A stretch of 64,000 nt of DNA from Takakia lepidozioides (lineage: Eukaryota; Plantae; Bryophyta). The notes beneath the pieces were generated by a model that saw only the letters and a program-made list of their open reading frames with translations, was not told where the DNA came from and did not search any database. Position numbers and translations under genes: made by a program. This document shows, piece after piece, positions 12,201 to 25,639 of the stretch (the first letter of the stretch is position 1; each line of letters starts with the position of its first letter). Location: contig CM060733.1 of NCBI GenBank assembly GCA_030704615.1, forward strand, positions 57,908,001 to 57,972,000, read 5' to 3'.

Positions 12201-14193
12201 AGATCCGTACTTCAAGCAGGTCTATAATGCGACAAAACATGGTTTTCTAACCTCAGAGTTGACCCTCTGCAGAAAAATTTAAAAGAGAGAGGGAGAGGGA
12301 AGATATTCATGTCATGTCAAGACATGGACAAGACCACTAGGTCATTGTCAATTAAAGACATAAAAACAGCCCCCTGACATGTGGCACCATCTAACATTCT
12401 CCAGTCTTGTCATAACCACACCAAGTGACGCCACCCATTCAGTCTGATAAAACAAGGTGGGAGGGCGGGGTATGTTCATAATCAGATTCCTGTCATGTAC
12501 CCGAGTAACCCACTTGCACAATATAAGTCAGGTTGCAGCCTCAGATTACATCATCCATAGTAATCCATAAGATATGCACCATGCAAGATATCATGGGCAT
12601 ATAAGAGTATCTTGCCACATTACAGATCCAAGATATGTATACACAAGTACCTTGAGATGATCCAAGACAAGCATTATGCAAAGTAGGTAAGAACAGTCTG
12701 CCCTACAACACATTCAATGAGTGTTCACACCGGCAGTAGGAAGGACCAGCCTGCAATTAATTACACTTCGGGCCTGCCGCATGGTAAGCCATATTGCAGC
12801 TTCACATTTGGCCAAATGTAAGCACCCCAAAGCATGCATCGTGCAAGGCCTTCTGGGTATGTAAGAACAGCTTGTCATTGTATATATTCAGGACCTGTGC
12901 ACATAGGACTCTTGCTGCCCCAGCCTGCAGTAAATCAGACTCCAAACATGCAACCAAGTGATCACTTTGGGCATGACAAGACTGACTGCGACTTCATTCT
13001 ACATCATGTATAGTTGCCCCAAGATATACATCATGTAAGGCGTTTTGGCATGGAAGAAAGGCATGCCCTGTCACAACATCCAGATCTCGACACACATACA
13101 CTTTGAGTGCCCAAGACCAAGCCCACTTGGCCAAGATAAATCATACAATGCAGGTGGCTGTTCATATGGCAAAATAAAGTAAATAATCACTGCCAGAGTC
13201 CTTTAGAGCTTACCGTCACTGTTTCACAGGAGGCTAATGCCATGTTTTGCAAATAGAACCTCACTATGCTCCATTCCACAACAAATCCAGGTCTGAAAAC
13301 GGCCTGTCATTGCCTTATCAGGCTGTTTTCTTTAACAAACTGAGGTCTCCTCATCCTTAGAGCCAAACAGCCACTTATGACTTTTCCCTTACACCATCAA
13401 TCCTCTTTTAAGGCCAAAAAACAGGGGAACCTAGTCTAAAAATCCACAGGCAAAGCTGTCAAAGATTCAAGACAGGGTGGATTCACATGCAGTGCTGCAT
13501 GAGACAAAGCTGCCAGGCCGAAGTGCTCCATCAACAACAGCAAAAGATAAGTCAAAAGCAAGCATCATCATGTCAAACCGGGAGCAAGCGGGCCGAAATC
13601 GGGGCTGCAGGCAGCAGCAGTATATTCCTTTTGCACACATCCTTATCTGCAAGCTCAAGAGAATTCAAAGTAGGTAGGGATCCTCACCTGGTCCCATCAC
13701 AAGCCCCCACAAAAAACCAATGGGTTAGTGAGGATTGTGGAACCCAAGTGAATCACAGACCCCTACACTTGTTATCGATGTCAACTAAGAACCCCAAAAA
13801 CAAGAGAGAAAGATATGAAGTAAAAGGAACCCTAATCACCAAAAGCACCTTGAGCGATTGGGGAAGGTAACACTGCGCCATCGCCACCAACACGCCACCT
13901 CCAGCACAGCTAAGGAGAAGCGAAGCATACAAATGTTAGGTTTAAGAAGGGAGAGAGAGCGATATACTTCCCCACCCAAGTGCCGCTGCGAAACAAAAAA
14001 AGCCAGAGGAAGGAAAGGGACGATGTCATCACAACGGGTTCTCCCGCCTGTGAGAAGAGACAAGACGCCGCCATTGCGCATCCCCAGGAGCTCGTCCGGC
14101 ATGAAGCAGCAGACAGGGTAGCAACATAGCTCAGACGTCATAACTCGCGAGCTCAGCAACAACCGGAGTGCAGTTGACAGCGAGAGAGACACC

Positions 14194-14927
14194 CTAGGGC
14201 AGAGCCGATTTTTCATCCAGAGGATGAATAATCAATACCCTTTATCTCAAAAAACCGGCGGATGTCATCCGTTAGCTAGGTTTAAACAGTAGATTATAGG
14301 GTAGGAGTTAGGGTTTCACTCCTTAATTAGCAATAATTAAGGGTAATTAAAAAATTCTCCATGGCCATCATAAGCTGTTTTTTTCATCCGGTCCAGATGA
14401 AAAAATAAATAGGTTCATTTATTTGGATGAGGTCCATCAGCAGGATGAAAAAGTAGTATACATCATCCAGGGCAGCGGTTTCTCATCCTAACAGGTAATT
14501 CATCATCCCTTAAGAGAAAGCCTCATCCAGTACGGAAAAAAAGGCATAAAGGAGGAATAAAACAAATTCAAATCCTGGTATTTTTCATCCGGCATGGATG
14601 GAAAAATTATAGATAGGATGCCAGTATCATAACCCCTACGGAGGTAATTCCTCATTCTCTAGTGACTCATCTGATATAGATGAAAGTCAATAAAAGAGGA
14701 ATGAAAAATTATAGGTCATTTTTAAAGGTGTTTTAGTGTCCACCCAGGTAATTCTTCCGGTATGGATAGAAAACCTTTACAAGTCGGGTGAAAACATCTT
14801 TTAGAGTCCATCTGGTATAGATGGAAAATCATGAAAAGAACATTGATGCAACCGGCCAATTCCAAGGAGGGAGACAGAGGGAGAGAGGGGGCAACAATGA
14901 AAAAAAATGGGTTGGGGGGGGGGGGGG
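14194..14927 (-). repeat. CATCC/GGATG-rich non-coding repeat, inverted relative to 15740-16187
   Basis: tagggcagagccgatttttcatccag (14194) matches the reverse complement of ctggatgaaaaatcgggcagttttgcccta (about 16157-16186). The G-run/GA-rich inner ends also match in inverted orientation. Confidence 0.7.
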
Positions 14928-15660
14928 TCAGATGGTGGGGTTAGCTGCAGTATATGTCCAACACCAGATATCCTAAGTTAATCAACTCTATATCTTGGAA
15001 ACAGGACCGCCCACCGACCTGTCAAACAGGCTAAGTCCTGGCAGAAGACAGTAGAAGAGATTCTCAAGGACCTGGATCTTCACCCTGCTGGATAAATCTG
15101 ACTTAGAGGCTGTAGTGTCCAACCATGTCTGTTGCCATGAGATTGTCTGATGAAAATGAAGTTAGGCAAAAAACTTCTCTGAACTTGTTTCCAGTCAGTG
15201 ACATGGGGGAGGACATCTTGGATGACCTCAAGGGTCTATCCACTATCGGCACTAGACTGAAATTTAAACTCAGGGCAGGAAGCCTACATTTAAACAACAA
15301 ACAGAAGCAGAGAGGAAAGGGAGAGTGCAATTGCCCGTTGTGTGGGCAATCTGAAGACAATACTCATTTTCTGATACACTGTCCGGGGTTCTCTCACCAA
15401 AGAGACGCTCTCTTCAAACCTATCAAGGGAATTGTGCATGTACCTCTGTTTACCAACTTTGAAAGTCTCAAGGCTGATCCAAAAGCCCAGCCCCTTCTGA
15501 GGCCTAGTTTTTGGGCATCTCACACACAGCAGATTGATGTTTGTGTGAAGGGATTTGTAGAGGATATCTGAAAAACCCGGATTAATTCTATATGTGAAGG
15601 TAAGTCTTACTACCAACGTCAGCCGCTGATAGAGGTAGGATCTGTCCCTTTTGTTTCCCC
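14928..15660 (+). mobile_element. LINE 3'-terminal coding fragment, copy 2
   Basis: ORF 15125-15571 reads TRLKFKLRAGSL..CPLCGQSEDNTHFLIHC, a CCHC knuckle typical of non-LTR C-termini. Confidence 0.75.
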
Positions 15661-15668
15661 AAGAGAGA

Positions 15669-15782
15669 AGGCAGCAAAGAGAAAAAAAAAAATGTGGGGG
15701 GGGGGGGGGGGAGTGACTGAGTAGCAGCAGCTGCTCAGTCACTCCCCCCCCCCCACCTTCTTTTCTTTTCTTTGTTGCCCCC
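15669..15782. repeat. Hairpin/palindrome
   Basis: G-run + GAGTGACTGAG, 12-nt loop, CTCAGTCACTC + C-run. Extended by ggcagcaaag..aaaa on the left and ttttctttgttgcc on the right. Confidence 0.85.
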
Positions 15783-17349
15783 TGATGTCTCCCTCTCACT
15801 CCCTCTCTCCCTCTCCCTCTATAAATCTTTGGATTTCATCTGGCCTTATACTTTTGAGGTTATTTAGTTTTTCATCCCTAATTTTTTTCATCCAAATCTG
15901 GATGATTTTATTATTGGATGATGAAACTTAATATACAGAAAGCTAGAGTTACCATCTATTTTTTTCATCTAAACTGGATGATCTACATAAATAATGGTTA
16001 CCTATTATAAAATCCAAGAGAATAATAAAACTACCATCATAAATGATGGTAGTTATTAAACCTAAACCTATACCATAACCCTAAGAGATACATCTCTATG
16101 GGATGTCATCCAGTGACAAAATGCCTATCTTGGTAAAATGTGATATTTCATCCAGCCTGGATGAAAAATCGGGCAGTTTTGCCCTAAGCAGGCCGACACA
16201 CTTTAAGCACTGAAATCGTGCTTCAGTGAACTTTGATGATGCGCCGTATAAACCTGCTCCCCTGCTGCTACATGGTACTCGTGATTGCTGGCTCTTGGGA
16301 TGCGCAGAGGTGGTTAAACAGATTCTTCTATGGCAGACGACAAAGCCGTGATTGCTCTGATCAGGAACTCATGGTTCTTTATTTTGCAACGGCGCTTTTA
16401 CTCCTTGTTGGGAAGTACTCTATCCCTATTTATCTACAGATTACTTGTTGCTCTCTCTTTGTGTATGAGCCACTCTCTAGCTGTGAACGCTTCTACTCTG
16501 ACTGCGTTCTGTTGGAGACAATCTGTTGGAAGCCATGGCGCAAGGCATACCACAAACACTCAAGGTTTTTTTTGAGTTTACCATTGCTTGAACTGTCATC
16601 TGTACTTGCTTTAGAATTCAACACTGACATGGATAGCAACTGTGAAGACCTGCCACTTACCTGCTGCATCCTCACTAACACACATCGCTATGTGGTGGTT
16701 TTTGGGACGGGCACAGGTGAGGGTCTTCACTTGTCTTGATTTCTTGAAGCTTGCAGTTCCCGTTCTTGCAAGTGTGGATACTGCCGCTGCCTAAGCTGCT
16801 GATGCCATCTGCTGTTTCGAACTACCTCCATGCCACTTCAGACCTGCGGCAAGATTGCTCCAATGAGGATCTGTTTCTCTCCTTACCCCTGTTTATGGTT
16901 TTTTACAACCACATTTGCATGTGTAGGAGTTTAGCTATGAAGGATACAAGGATACAAAAAAGTAGTTATTACTATGACTGCCTTGATACTTGGCAAATGA
17001 GAACTCTTGGTATGACTCTGATGGATCAAAAGGATAGGCTTTGATAGATAACACACATTCTTCAAGGCCCTCATATCATTTTGGTTTCATGGCTTGATAA
17101 CAAACTGGGGTTTTGAGCTGCTCTTTCACCTTGGCAGAACTACCTTATGTGGCCTTAAAATACCATTTTAGGCCTATACATGCTTAAGGGGGCTCTACAC
17201 TGATGTTTCTTCTTCTTTTTTAAGAATCTTGCTTATATCTTGGTTCTAAAACATCATCTTCAAACCAAACCTGCAATCTGGTTTTTGAAATGAGTTTATA
17301 ATGGATTCTTGAGACGATGATGTGTACTTTGGTGCTTTCATGATATGAT

Positions 17350-18000
17350 TGACCTGGAATCCCACCCTCCCGCCCTGTTTTTTCAGAGACCCTGAAATGT
17401 AATTGGGTATTCAAATGAGATTGTAAACATGAAAGAGAATGTTAGATGGTGCCCTGTAAAGGGCTGTTTTGTCTTTCAATGACAATGACCTTAGCAGTCT
17501 TGTCCATGTCTTGACATGACATGTATATCTTCCCTCTCTTCTGTGCTGCTCTCTTTTAAGCTCCTGACACCCTAAATTCAAGATCAGATGGTGGGTTCAG
17601 CTGCAACATATGTCCAACACCAGATATCCTAAGTTAATCGACTCTATATCTTGAAACAGGACCGCCCTGTCAAACAGGGTAGGCCCTGGGAGAATAGAGT
17701 AAAAGAGATTCTCAAGGATCTGAATCTGGACCCGCAAATCTTGACCTTGCTCGATAAACCTGACTTAGAGAGTGTAGTGTCCAAAGCCATGTCTGTTACC
17801 AGAAAATTGTCCGATGAAAATGAAGTTAGGAAGAAAACTTCCCTGAACCTGTTTCCAGTCTGTGACATGGGGGAAGACATCATGGATGCGCTCAAGGGTC
17901 TATCCCACTCTTGGCACCAGACCTAAATTTAAACTCAAGGCAGGAAGACTACCTTTGAACAATAAACATAAATAGAGAGGAAAAGGGGAGTGCAATTTCC
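17350..18000 (+). mobile_element. LINE 3' fragment copy 3 plus upstream flank, inverted relative to 11940-12470
   Basis: 17585-18000 matches 14928-15330, and 17430-17560 is the reverse complement of 12280-12400. Confidence 0.75.
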
Positions 18001-19847
18001 CTGACGTACCTCTGCTGTTGCGGCTGCTGGTGCTTGAAGCGAGCTGGCGCGGCCAGCTGCTGCGGTGCTGTCGCGGCTACCAGCGGCACGGGCCCCCGCT
18101 GCTGCAGGGCGTCTCTCCCCGCTCACCACGGCTCTCTCTCTCTCTCTTCAGCTCGTTAGGTCGCGCCTCTGCGTGGCGTTCCTACCACACAGGGGAGAGA
18201 GACATCAGCCCGTGCTTAGGGCAAGAAAGCAAGACAGAAAGTGAGGGAGGAGGCGGTGCTTACCTTGGGCGTTGGAGCGGCATTGGGGCAAACTCCTTGG
18301 GGCCTTGCGACCACCTCGGGCTCATCAGCAGGTGCGTTTCTCCTCCACCCTAAACCCCACTCTCTGAACTACCTCTCTCCCAAAGAACAAACGAAAACGG
18401 GAGGGGAAAAAGATGTTGAAAGCACTTAGGGAAAAAAAAAAAACGCGGCGCCTACGTGCGACGCTCGGCCGTCGCACGCATGCGCCCGCCCTTTTTTTGA
18501 AATGTAAAAATGAAATTTGCGGCGGCTGGCCGTCGTTTCTTGCGACCCCCGGCCCCATAAATATAAAAACATGTCGCCCCCCGCGACGGCTGTCCGTCGC
18601 GGGGTGCGACCCCCAGGTAAAAAATTGAAAAAAAACTCGTCGTCAAATGCGACGCGAGGGTGTCGCAAGAGGCGACGGCCGACCTTTTTGGGTTTAGTTT
18701 TTATTTTTTATTTTTTATTTTTCATATGGTACTGGGTTAGGGTGTTTGCTTTTCTTTATGGTGCTGGGTTTTGGATTGGCGGTTTTGGTTGTGGATCTTG
18801 GGTTAAAATGATAAACGGTATAATTAGGATTCACGTACCCAAAATGTGGTTCAATCTGATAATCGCAAAGCGCTGGGTCTCAACAAATTTTTCCATGGTG
18901 TGGGCATCATGAAGGTAGAACGAGAGGAAGAATTTATTGTCTTGGCTCTAGCACCATAGGGATTGCTCCGCCTTTGGTTACCAATTTTGAAAGCCCCGAG
19001 ACTGAGGCATAGGGTTTTTTTGCCAACGATTTTTGAGAAATGAAAGTGTTGGTGGTGTGTGTTAATTAGGATGGGATGGTGAGGAAACATCGACCCGTCT
19101 CCCTCGAGGATGGGGAGGTAGTACCACATATCGATTGTGGTCCTAGAGCGACCATTTTTCGTGGCGAGGAGCCACCCATTGCATCTGATCCAATACAAGC
19201 TGCTGGGCACAATCGTAGAAGGGACCGGGGCCAAATTTCAGGTGATGCGGAGGATGTTGACACTCCGGGATCGAGTCGGGCGCGCCGCGGGTTGCTCCCT
19301 CGCGGGCCACCCCGTCCAACCACGTCCACCTTTGACACCCCCCCCCCCCCCCCCCGACATGATTGAGTGTTGGTGCACTAAGTGTTGGGAACAGATACCG
19401 CCGGGCGGCACCAGACCACCGAGGTGGCGACCGCATGTTGTCGAAAAACATTACAAGAAGAACAAGATTGCGGATGCGGCAAAGGTGAGTGTTTTTCCCA
19501 CCCCTCTCATTAATATTCATTTAAGGTACATTTAGGTTTATCTAATAATATAGTATGATTGGTAAGCATACATGAATTGAAATTACGACATAAGTATTGT
19601 TGCGTCGTTCACTACGCACATTGCAGCCATGACTTGATGCCGAAGCTCGCAATCACATTGCACAGGAGGCATTTCGCACCGGAATTTGTGCCAGAGCATG
19701 TGCCCGATGTGACCAGTTGGTTCCTCCAGCAGCACGTAGATGAGATGCGTAGGGTCGAGGGGTATTGTAGGTGTCGTAGGCATTATGGCCAGCGACGAGC
19801 AGGCCCACCCCGCCCCCCTCTAGTTTCCTCAAGCGATCCCCCTGATT

Positions 19848-20756
19848 GTGGCCTACCCCCCCCCCGGGTCTGTTTCTTTGCCTGATCCGGACGTTGTACC
19901 CGCGGCTGCACCTCCGACATTACATCCTCAACCACCTCCACTTTCATCTCCTCCGCTAGCAGTACCACCTCCACCTCCACCTCCACGTGCATGTGCCCCT
20001 CGAACCCCTAGGAGGGGTCGGCTTCGCCCTAGGTTACCCATTCGGCTTGGGTGGCCTCAGCCAGATCCTCGCCCCCGATGGGAAGCGCATAGGACTATGT
20101 TATTGAGGACCGTCCAGCCTCGTTGTTGGGGGAATCATCTCGACCCTCCCACCCCCATCCGAGAAAATGTGGAGTTCGAGTATTGGGGGAGACGGTATGT
20201 TGTGAGAACCGCTACAGACCCTGCTATGGGTCGGGGTTTATTCACGGTCAATGATATTGTGGTTCCTCCTCGGAGAAACAGCATGGTGAACTTGTTTCCC
20301 TACTACGGTCCATACTACACCTCCGCGGAGTTCTGTACATTATGCCTCGAAGCCCCATACATCCTACCCTACATTTTGTGTGTCAACAGACATGATGTAC
20401 GTAGACGGGGGTTGTCTCCCATTGAGATCAGATTTTGTGATGGTGACCCCGACATCTTCGGCAATGTTGCCCTGTTGGTCAATAGTTCTTTTGGTCATCC
20501 TAGGAGAACCAATGTAGTATGGGATGAGCTAAGCGATGGGCATGAGAGCTTTTGTGGTCATACGTCAGTATACTGTGAGGGGATGCACATGTTTGTGATG
20601 ACATGTGCTAGTAGGACTATTAGGGCTGACAGCGACCTATTTGCATCATACGAGTTTTCCCGGGATGATTGGGACCTCCGATTACAGCGTGAGTGGGATG
20701 TGTATGATAGAAATAGGGTTCCTTTGAGACAGGGATCGCAGAGAGGGGCATGGTAG
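19848..20756 (+). CDS. Pro-rich linker plus SET-domain protein inside CACTA (probably an exon of a spliced gene)
   Basis: GRGLFTVNDI..PYYGPYY..Y..CDGDPDIFGNVALLVNSS..N..ASRTIRADSDLFASY follows the SET pattern GxGLFA..Y.G..D...GN.ARFINHS..N..A.R.I..GEEL..DY. Confidence 0.7.
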   Translation: MAYPPPGSVSLPDPDVVPAAAPPTLHPQPPPLSSPPLAVPPPPPPPRACAPRTPRRGRLRPRLPIRLGWPQPDPRPRWEAHRTMLLRTVQPRCWGNHLDPPTPIRENVEFEYWGRRYVVRTATDPAMGRGLFTVNDIVVPPRRNSMVNLFPYYGPYYTSAEFCTLCLEAPYILPYILCVNRHDVRRRGLSPIEIRFCDGDPDIFGNVALLVNSSFGHPRRTNVVWDELSDGHESFCGHTSVYCEGMHMFVMTCASRTIRADSDLFASYEFSRDDWDLRLQREWDVYDRNRVPLRQGSQRGAW

Positions 20757-23700
20757 ATATTCTCATGATGTACTTTGTATACATCCGATTAATCGATTGA
20801 TGTAAAATTTTTTCTTGTTGCTCGTGTGGGTTGCATCTTTGCATATGTGATCTAAACATACTTATGCACATGTGGACCAAATATGAGCTTGAACCAAGTT
20901 GATTCAATGGGTCATTCTAGTGTTGAACGCAGCTACGTGTCATAGAGACGGAAAATTGTGTTTCGCCTGCAGATGATTTTTTTTTTATTCCATTTTAAGC
21001 CATATGCTTAATGATAGCATATGCAATGTGCGTGCAAAATTTGGGAGTATACAAAAGTCATTTGGACCCATAACCAGATTTTGTTCTCTCATTTGCACTC
21101 CAAAGTTGAGTTATCTTCAACTTCATGCACTCTTCATAGAGAATTCTGCAAAAGTGACCCTAGAAACACACTTATTTTTTTTCCACTTTTTTTGTGTCTC
21201 ATTTTTTGCATGGATGTAGTGGTGCAAAGCCCGATGTCACAGAACAAAATAGAGCTAAAATAAATCATTACGCCCCTCAAAACTGCAATCATATATTTTC
21301 TAAATGCAATTTATTATTATTATTTTAAATTCATTTAAATTCGATTTAATTCAAAATTGGTGCAAGGGTGAGTGCGTCGTTGGGGGAGGTTTTTTTTTTT
21401 TTTTTTTTTTTTTTTCGTTTTTCCCTTCTGCTGGATCTTTGTACAAGTGTGCACACATATTTAAGCACATGTAGGAAAAATGAAGCTTGAGCCACATCCG
21501 TTTGTTGGGTGCAATGGCATGAGAGAATTTTCTTTCACATTAATAAACAAAAATTGATTGATAGGGTGAACGCGTCATTGGGGGGGGCAAATGATTTTGT
21601 TTGGGTTTGAAACTTTGCATGTGTGTACATGCGCACATACATGTAATTATTGAATGACTTTTTTGATGCACACACACATTGAAGGTTGTTGTTTGCATTT
21701 CGCTTATAATATATGTCCATATGTTCATTTGTTCGTATCAGGACTTTGTCCATCCCTTCCCGGTCTTTTATCTTGGCACCCCATCCGAAAACAACCCAAG
21801 TACATCAGGCGGGAGCCGTGGGCGAGACGCCGCCCCCACGATACCGGACGATGATGACGATGACAGTGATAGTGACAGTGACAACAACAATGAGCATGGA
21901 ATTAACCAGGAGGATGTGCAAGCCATGGAGGATCTCTTAATGCATCATGTGGGCGCTGATGCATCCCATGAAGAGGGAATCCGGCCAATCGATAATCCTG
22001 AAATGGCCCCCTCAAATGACATGGAGAGGGAGGCGAGAACTCCCTTGTACGAAAAGGCGAAAGTGAGTCGACTTTCAACAATCTTACTTTTGCTCAATTT
22101 TCAAATTCGATTTGGCATAAGTAATGTTGGGATGTCTGCCATAATGCGAACTATTGCAGACTATATCCTTGCTCCACACTTGAAACCCCAAGATGTCACG
22201 GTTGCCGAAAGAGGCGCGCGGAAGTCTTGGACTCTGTGGGGATGGGCTATAAGATTTTTCATGCATGTCCATGTGATAAAACCCTATACTACGGAGAGGA
22301 TTTGTATCTCACCAAGTGCCCAAAGTGCAAGAAAGACCGATATCGGGATGATGTCCAAGGGAAAAAAGTACCACGCAAGATATAAGCGTCATTCCCCCTC
22401 GCAGATTACTTTCTTTAATCTTCTCAATGTATGTAAAGTGTATTCCACAAAGTTTAGGGTTTAGAGAGTAATACTCATACAAGATCTGATTGTGGTTTTG
22501 GAAGGAATGAGTGAGGAGTGGAAGGAGCGACGTTCGGTTTTGACCATTCATACCCAGGCTGCCAATGTGCCAGATGAGTGTACTCATTTCATGTTTATTA
22601 TTGTCTTAGACTTTACATTAAACTTTTGATCTCTGACGCAATTCAGATGCAAGATTGATGAGTGACATAATCATGGAGTAAGACGTGTAATTCATTTTGT
22701 AGTATAATTTGCATATTGGTGGAGCATTGAAACAATGATATGAATGTCTCATAGGAAAAAAACAAGTGGCAAACATGGACACGTACTTGCGACCTCTTGT
22801 TGAGCTATGGAGGGGGGTCCCGACATTGGATGCTTCACTTGACCCTATGGCTGGACAATCTTTTCAGATGAGGCATCTTGCTTTGGACAATGCATGATTA
22901 TCCAGGTATATTATGTTCCCCATGAACAACCCGCGTACATTCACTTGTCAATGTCGGATAATATCGATGATGATTGGGATTGATTGAAGTAGCGGCGACA
23001 GTCTTGTGCACCGTAGTGGGGTAGATGGCATTATGGGCCATGCACATGACAACTTTTTGTTTTTGCTAATGTGGCGGGATGTGTAGTACATGACTAACTG
23101 TTTGCTCGGGGCTAAGCACCAAATAGTACCATGCATGCTTGCATTGTGGCGATGATCTTGATGCACATAGCTCCCGTCATCTTCACAAGATGATGTATCC
23201 CAACTACCGCAAATTTCTTCCTATGAGCCATCGATAGAGAAGAAGAGAGAAACACTTGTTTGATGGCAAAGAGGATGAAGTGGACGTGTCCGGCATGAAA
23301 CGACTTTCAATCTTCTACGAGTTGCCATATTGGGGGGTACATATTCCACAAAAACACCGTCAATATCCCTATGCATGCATGTGATACATTTGGTATGCGT
23401 TGCATTGTCACTTTCACGTAAATTTTTTTGTGTAAGTCTTTGTGGGTGGGGATATATATAGGACCTGAAGATTCGCCATCTTCTAGATCCCATGCATATT
23501 GAGAAGAATGTATGCTCGTGCTTTGTCAATCATTAATGCATCCCATTAACGAGTGCATACTTAATTTAGGGTTCGTGTTAGACAGAGCTAGGTTAGGTCC
23601 CGAAGGCGCCGCCTAGCCCCGAGGGTGCTGCTAGTTTGGATTATAATTTTTCTATGTTATAAGTGTTTTGCGTCTGTAGTTTGTAACCAACAATTAGTAC

Positions 23701-24614
23701 TATCTCACTAACGTATTTACGGAAACAATAGTCCAGGAATAAGCAATGCGAATGTATAATTATCCTTGGTATAAAGGTTATGTTATTTTAGAGGAGGGAT
23801 ATTTAGTGTAAATATTAATTATTCAGCAAACAATAACAAATTAATTTCAATTAATCAACTTTAGTATTTTTATTTTATTTTGAATAACTTTATGTATATG
23901 TTCAAAGATAGAGATACGGATTTATTTAGTTCTTACTAGTACCCATTAATCTAGGTGAGTTAAGAATATAAAATTAATTAGATCATTTTGAGGAAGAGAT
24001 CAACCCAACCAACAATATTACTATAACCAAAATAAAAGAAGAGAATAAAACTAATTATAGAGAGCAGTGTGGCGGCTATTGGGATTTGAAATCCCAACCT
24101 CGACTGTGCAAGCAAAATTTCTAACTGGTAAGTCCCTCAAGTTATATTCAAGACCAACTTGTCTATTTAAGTACTTATAAAGCTATTACAAAGGTTTTTT
24201 TTATTACAAGAAGTATAAGCAAAAACTAACTCAATTTTAACAAGCGAGAGTTAATCCCTCAACCTTGGCGATGCAGCGAAGGTCCCTAACCAACAGACCA
24301 AGATGGATTTGTGAAGATACAAGCAGTAATTTAACTATTTAACATTCATTTCTAAGATCTATCCAAGGAATCTTTAAAAAAAACTAACTACAAGGAAATG
24401 ATGTAGGAATAGGGTTTGAACCTTTGACCTATGATGCACAAATAATTTCCTTAACCACTAAACCCAAGTACCGTTCTTGTGAAACTTGTAGTGTATTAAC
24501 TCTTTTAAACTGTTGTTTCACAACTTCCAGTGATTAACGTTTCTATCAGCAGATCGTTTCACGAACCTTCGGTCTTCTTCTTGAAATTCTAGCATTCCTT
24601 CGTTCAGTCCCGAT

Positions 24615-24900
24615 GATGCTACTACCCTCTTCACGGTATATTTACAAGCATTTCCACTACACATAGAGTACACTGATCGCTGGTCCTTCAAATCAGATGC
24701 TACTACCCTCTTCACGGTATGTTTACAAGCATTTCCACTACACATAGAGTACACTGATCGCTGGTCCTTCAAATCAGATGCTACTACCCTCTTCACGGTA
24801 TGTTTACAAGCATTTCCACTACACATAGAGTAACACTGATCGCTAGTCCTTCAAATCAGATGCTCCCGCTTCACCGTGTATGTATAAGCACTTCAACTAC
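24615..24900. repeat. 81-bp tandem repeat, 3 copies plus a partial fourth
   Basis: gatgct(actaccctcttcacggtat..) starts at 24615, 24696, 24777 and 24859. Confidence 0.95.
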
Positions 24901-24968
24901 ACCTTCTACAATCTATGACAACCTCTTTCCTGAACTATTGCAAGGCAGACACTCAAGCTACTACTGAT

Positions 24969-25026
24969 AAGAGAGAGAGAGAGAGAGAGAGAGAGTGAGA
25001 GAGAGAGAGCGAGAAAGCGAGAGAGA
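24969..25026. repeat. (GA)n microsatellite
   Basis: Direct reading of the sequence. Confidence 0.9.
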
Positions 25027-25639
25027 CTAGAATGTGAGAGACTAGAATGTCACGTTCTCTCTTTCGCCGGCTGATTTATATCAGTCCGTCGCCCTACATC
25101 CGTCACTTATTTTGACCACTTTCATCCATCCTTTAAAAAAAATAAAAGTGCATTTAAGCACCGACACCTAGTTAGAGTTTTTAATTAATTTTCCCTAGAG
25201 TGTTCATTAATATAAGATATAATCTTTCTTTGTTTTAATCCTTCAGATCTGCGCCCTCCACCTGAACGGACCAGATCGAACCACGTGTTTTTCCTCCATC
25301 CATTGTCATCTGTCCAAAAATCCAGTCAATAATCCATTCATCCATGGTTCCATCCGCTGATTTCATCCATTTTCATCCTTCCTCATAATTTTCATCCATC
25401 TGTAACTTTCATTCCTCCAGGGACATGACCAACTTAAATTGATACATGAACCGTTTTAAATCCTCATGAATGTTGCTCCTCACCCATGTCATTCATCCAT
25501 TTGGGAAGTGGGGATTGCTACCATTGATCAACCAATATCCAACGGTTCACATTTATCTTGTTTTCCCATTAGCTCCCTTTCCCTGCTATGTTGAGATCGG
25601 GGAGAGGTTCCCATGCTTGAAGTAGCGAATTGTAGCATT

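Larger units (their letters stand above)
23576..25491 (-). mobile_element. Putative solo LTR inserted in the CACTA transposase
   Basis: AT-rich insert bounded by TG..CA. Minus-strand TATAAAT (about 25075-25081) is followed by a CT-rich tract. The flanks TTCG/TTCA could be a CpG-decayed 4-bp TSD. Boundaries uncertain. Confidence 0.4.

Noticed and set aside
23595-23636. Helitron 3' end (GC hairpin plus CTAGT)
   Set aside because: No room for a body or TC start upstream and no RepHel remnants; left unassigned.
24065-24470. Functional tRNA genes
   Set aside because: The boxes are degenerate and acceptor/anticodon stems cannot be formed convincingly.
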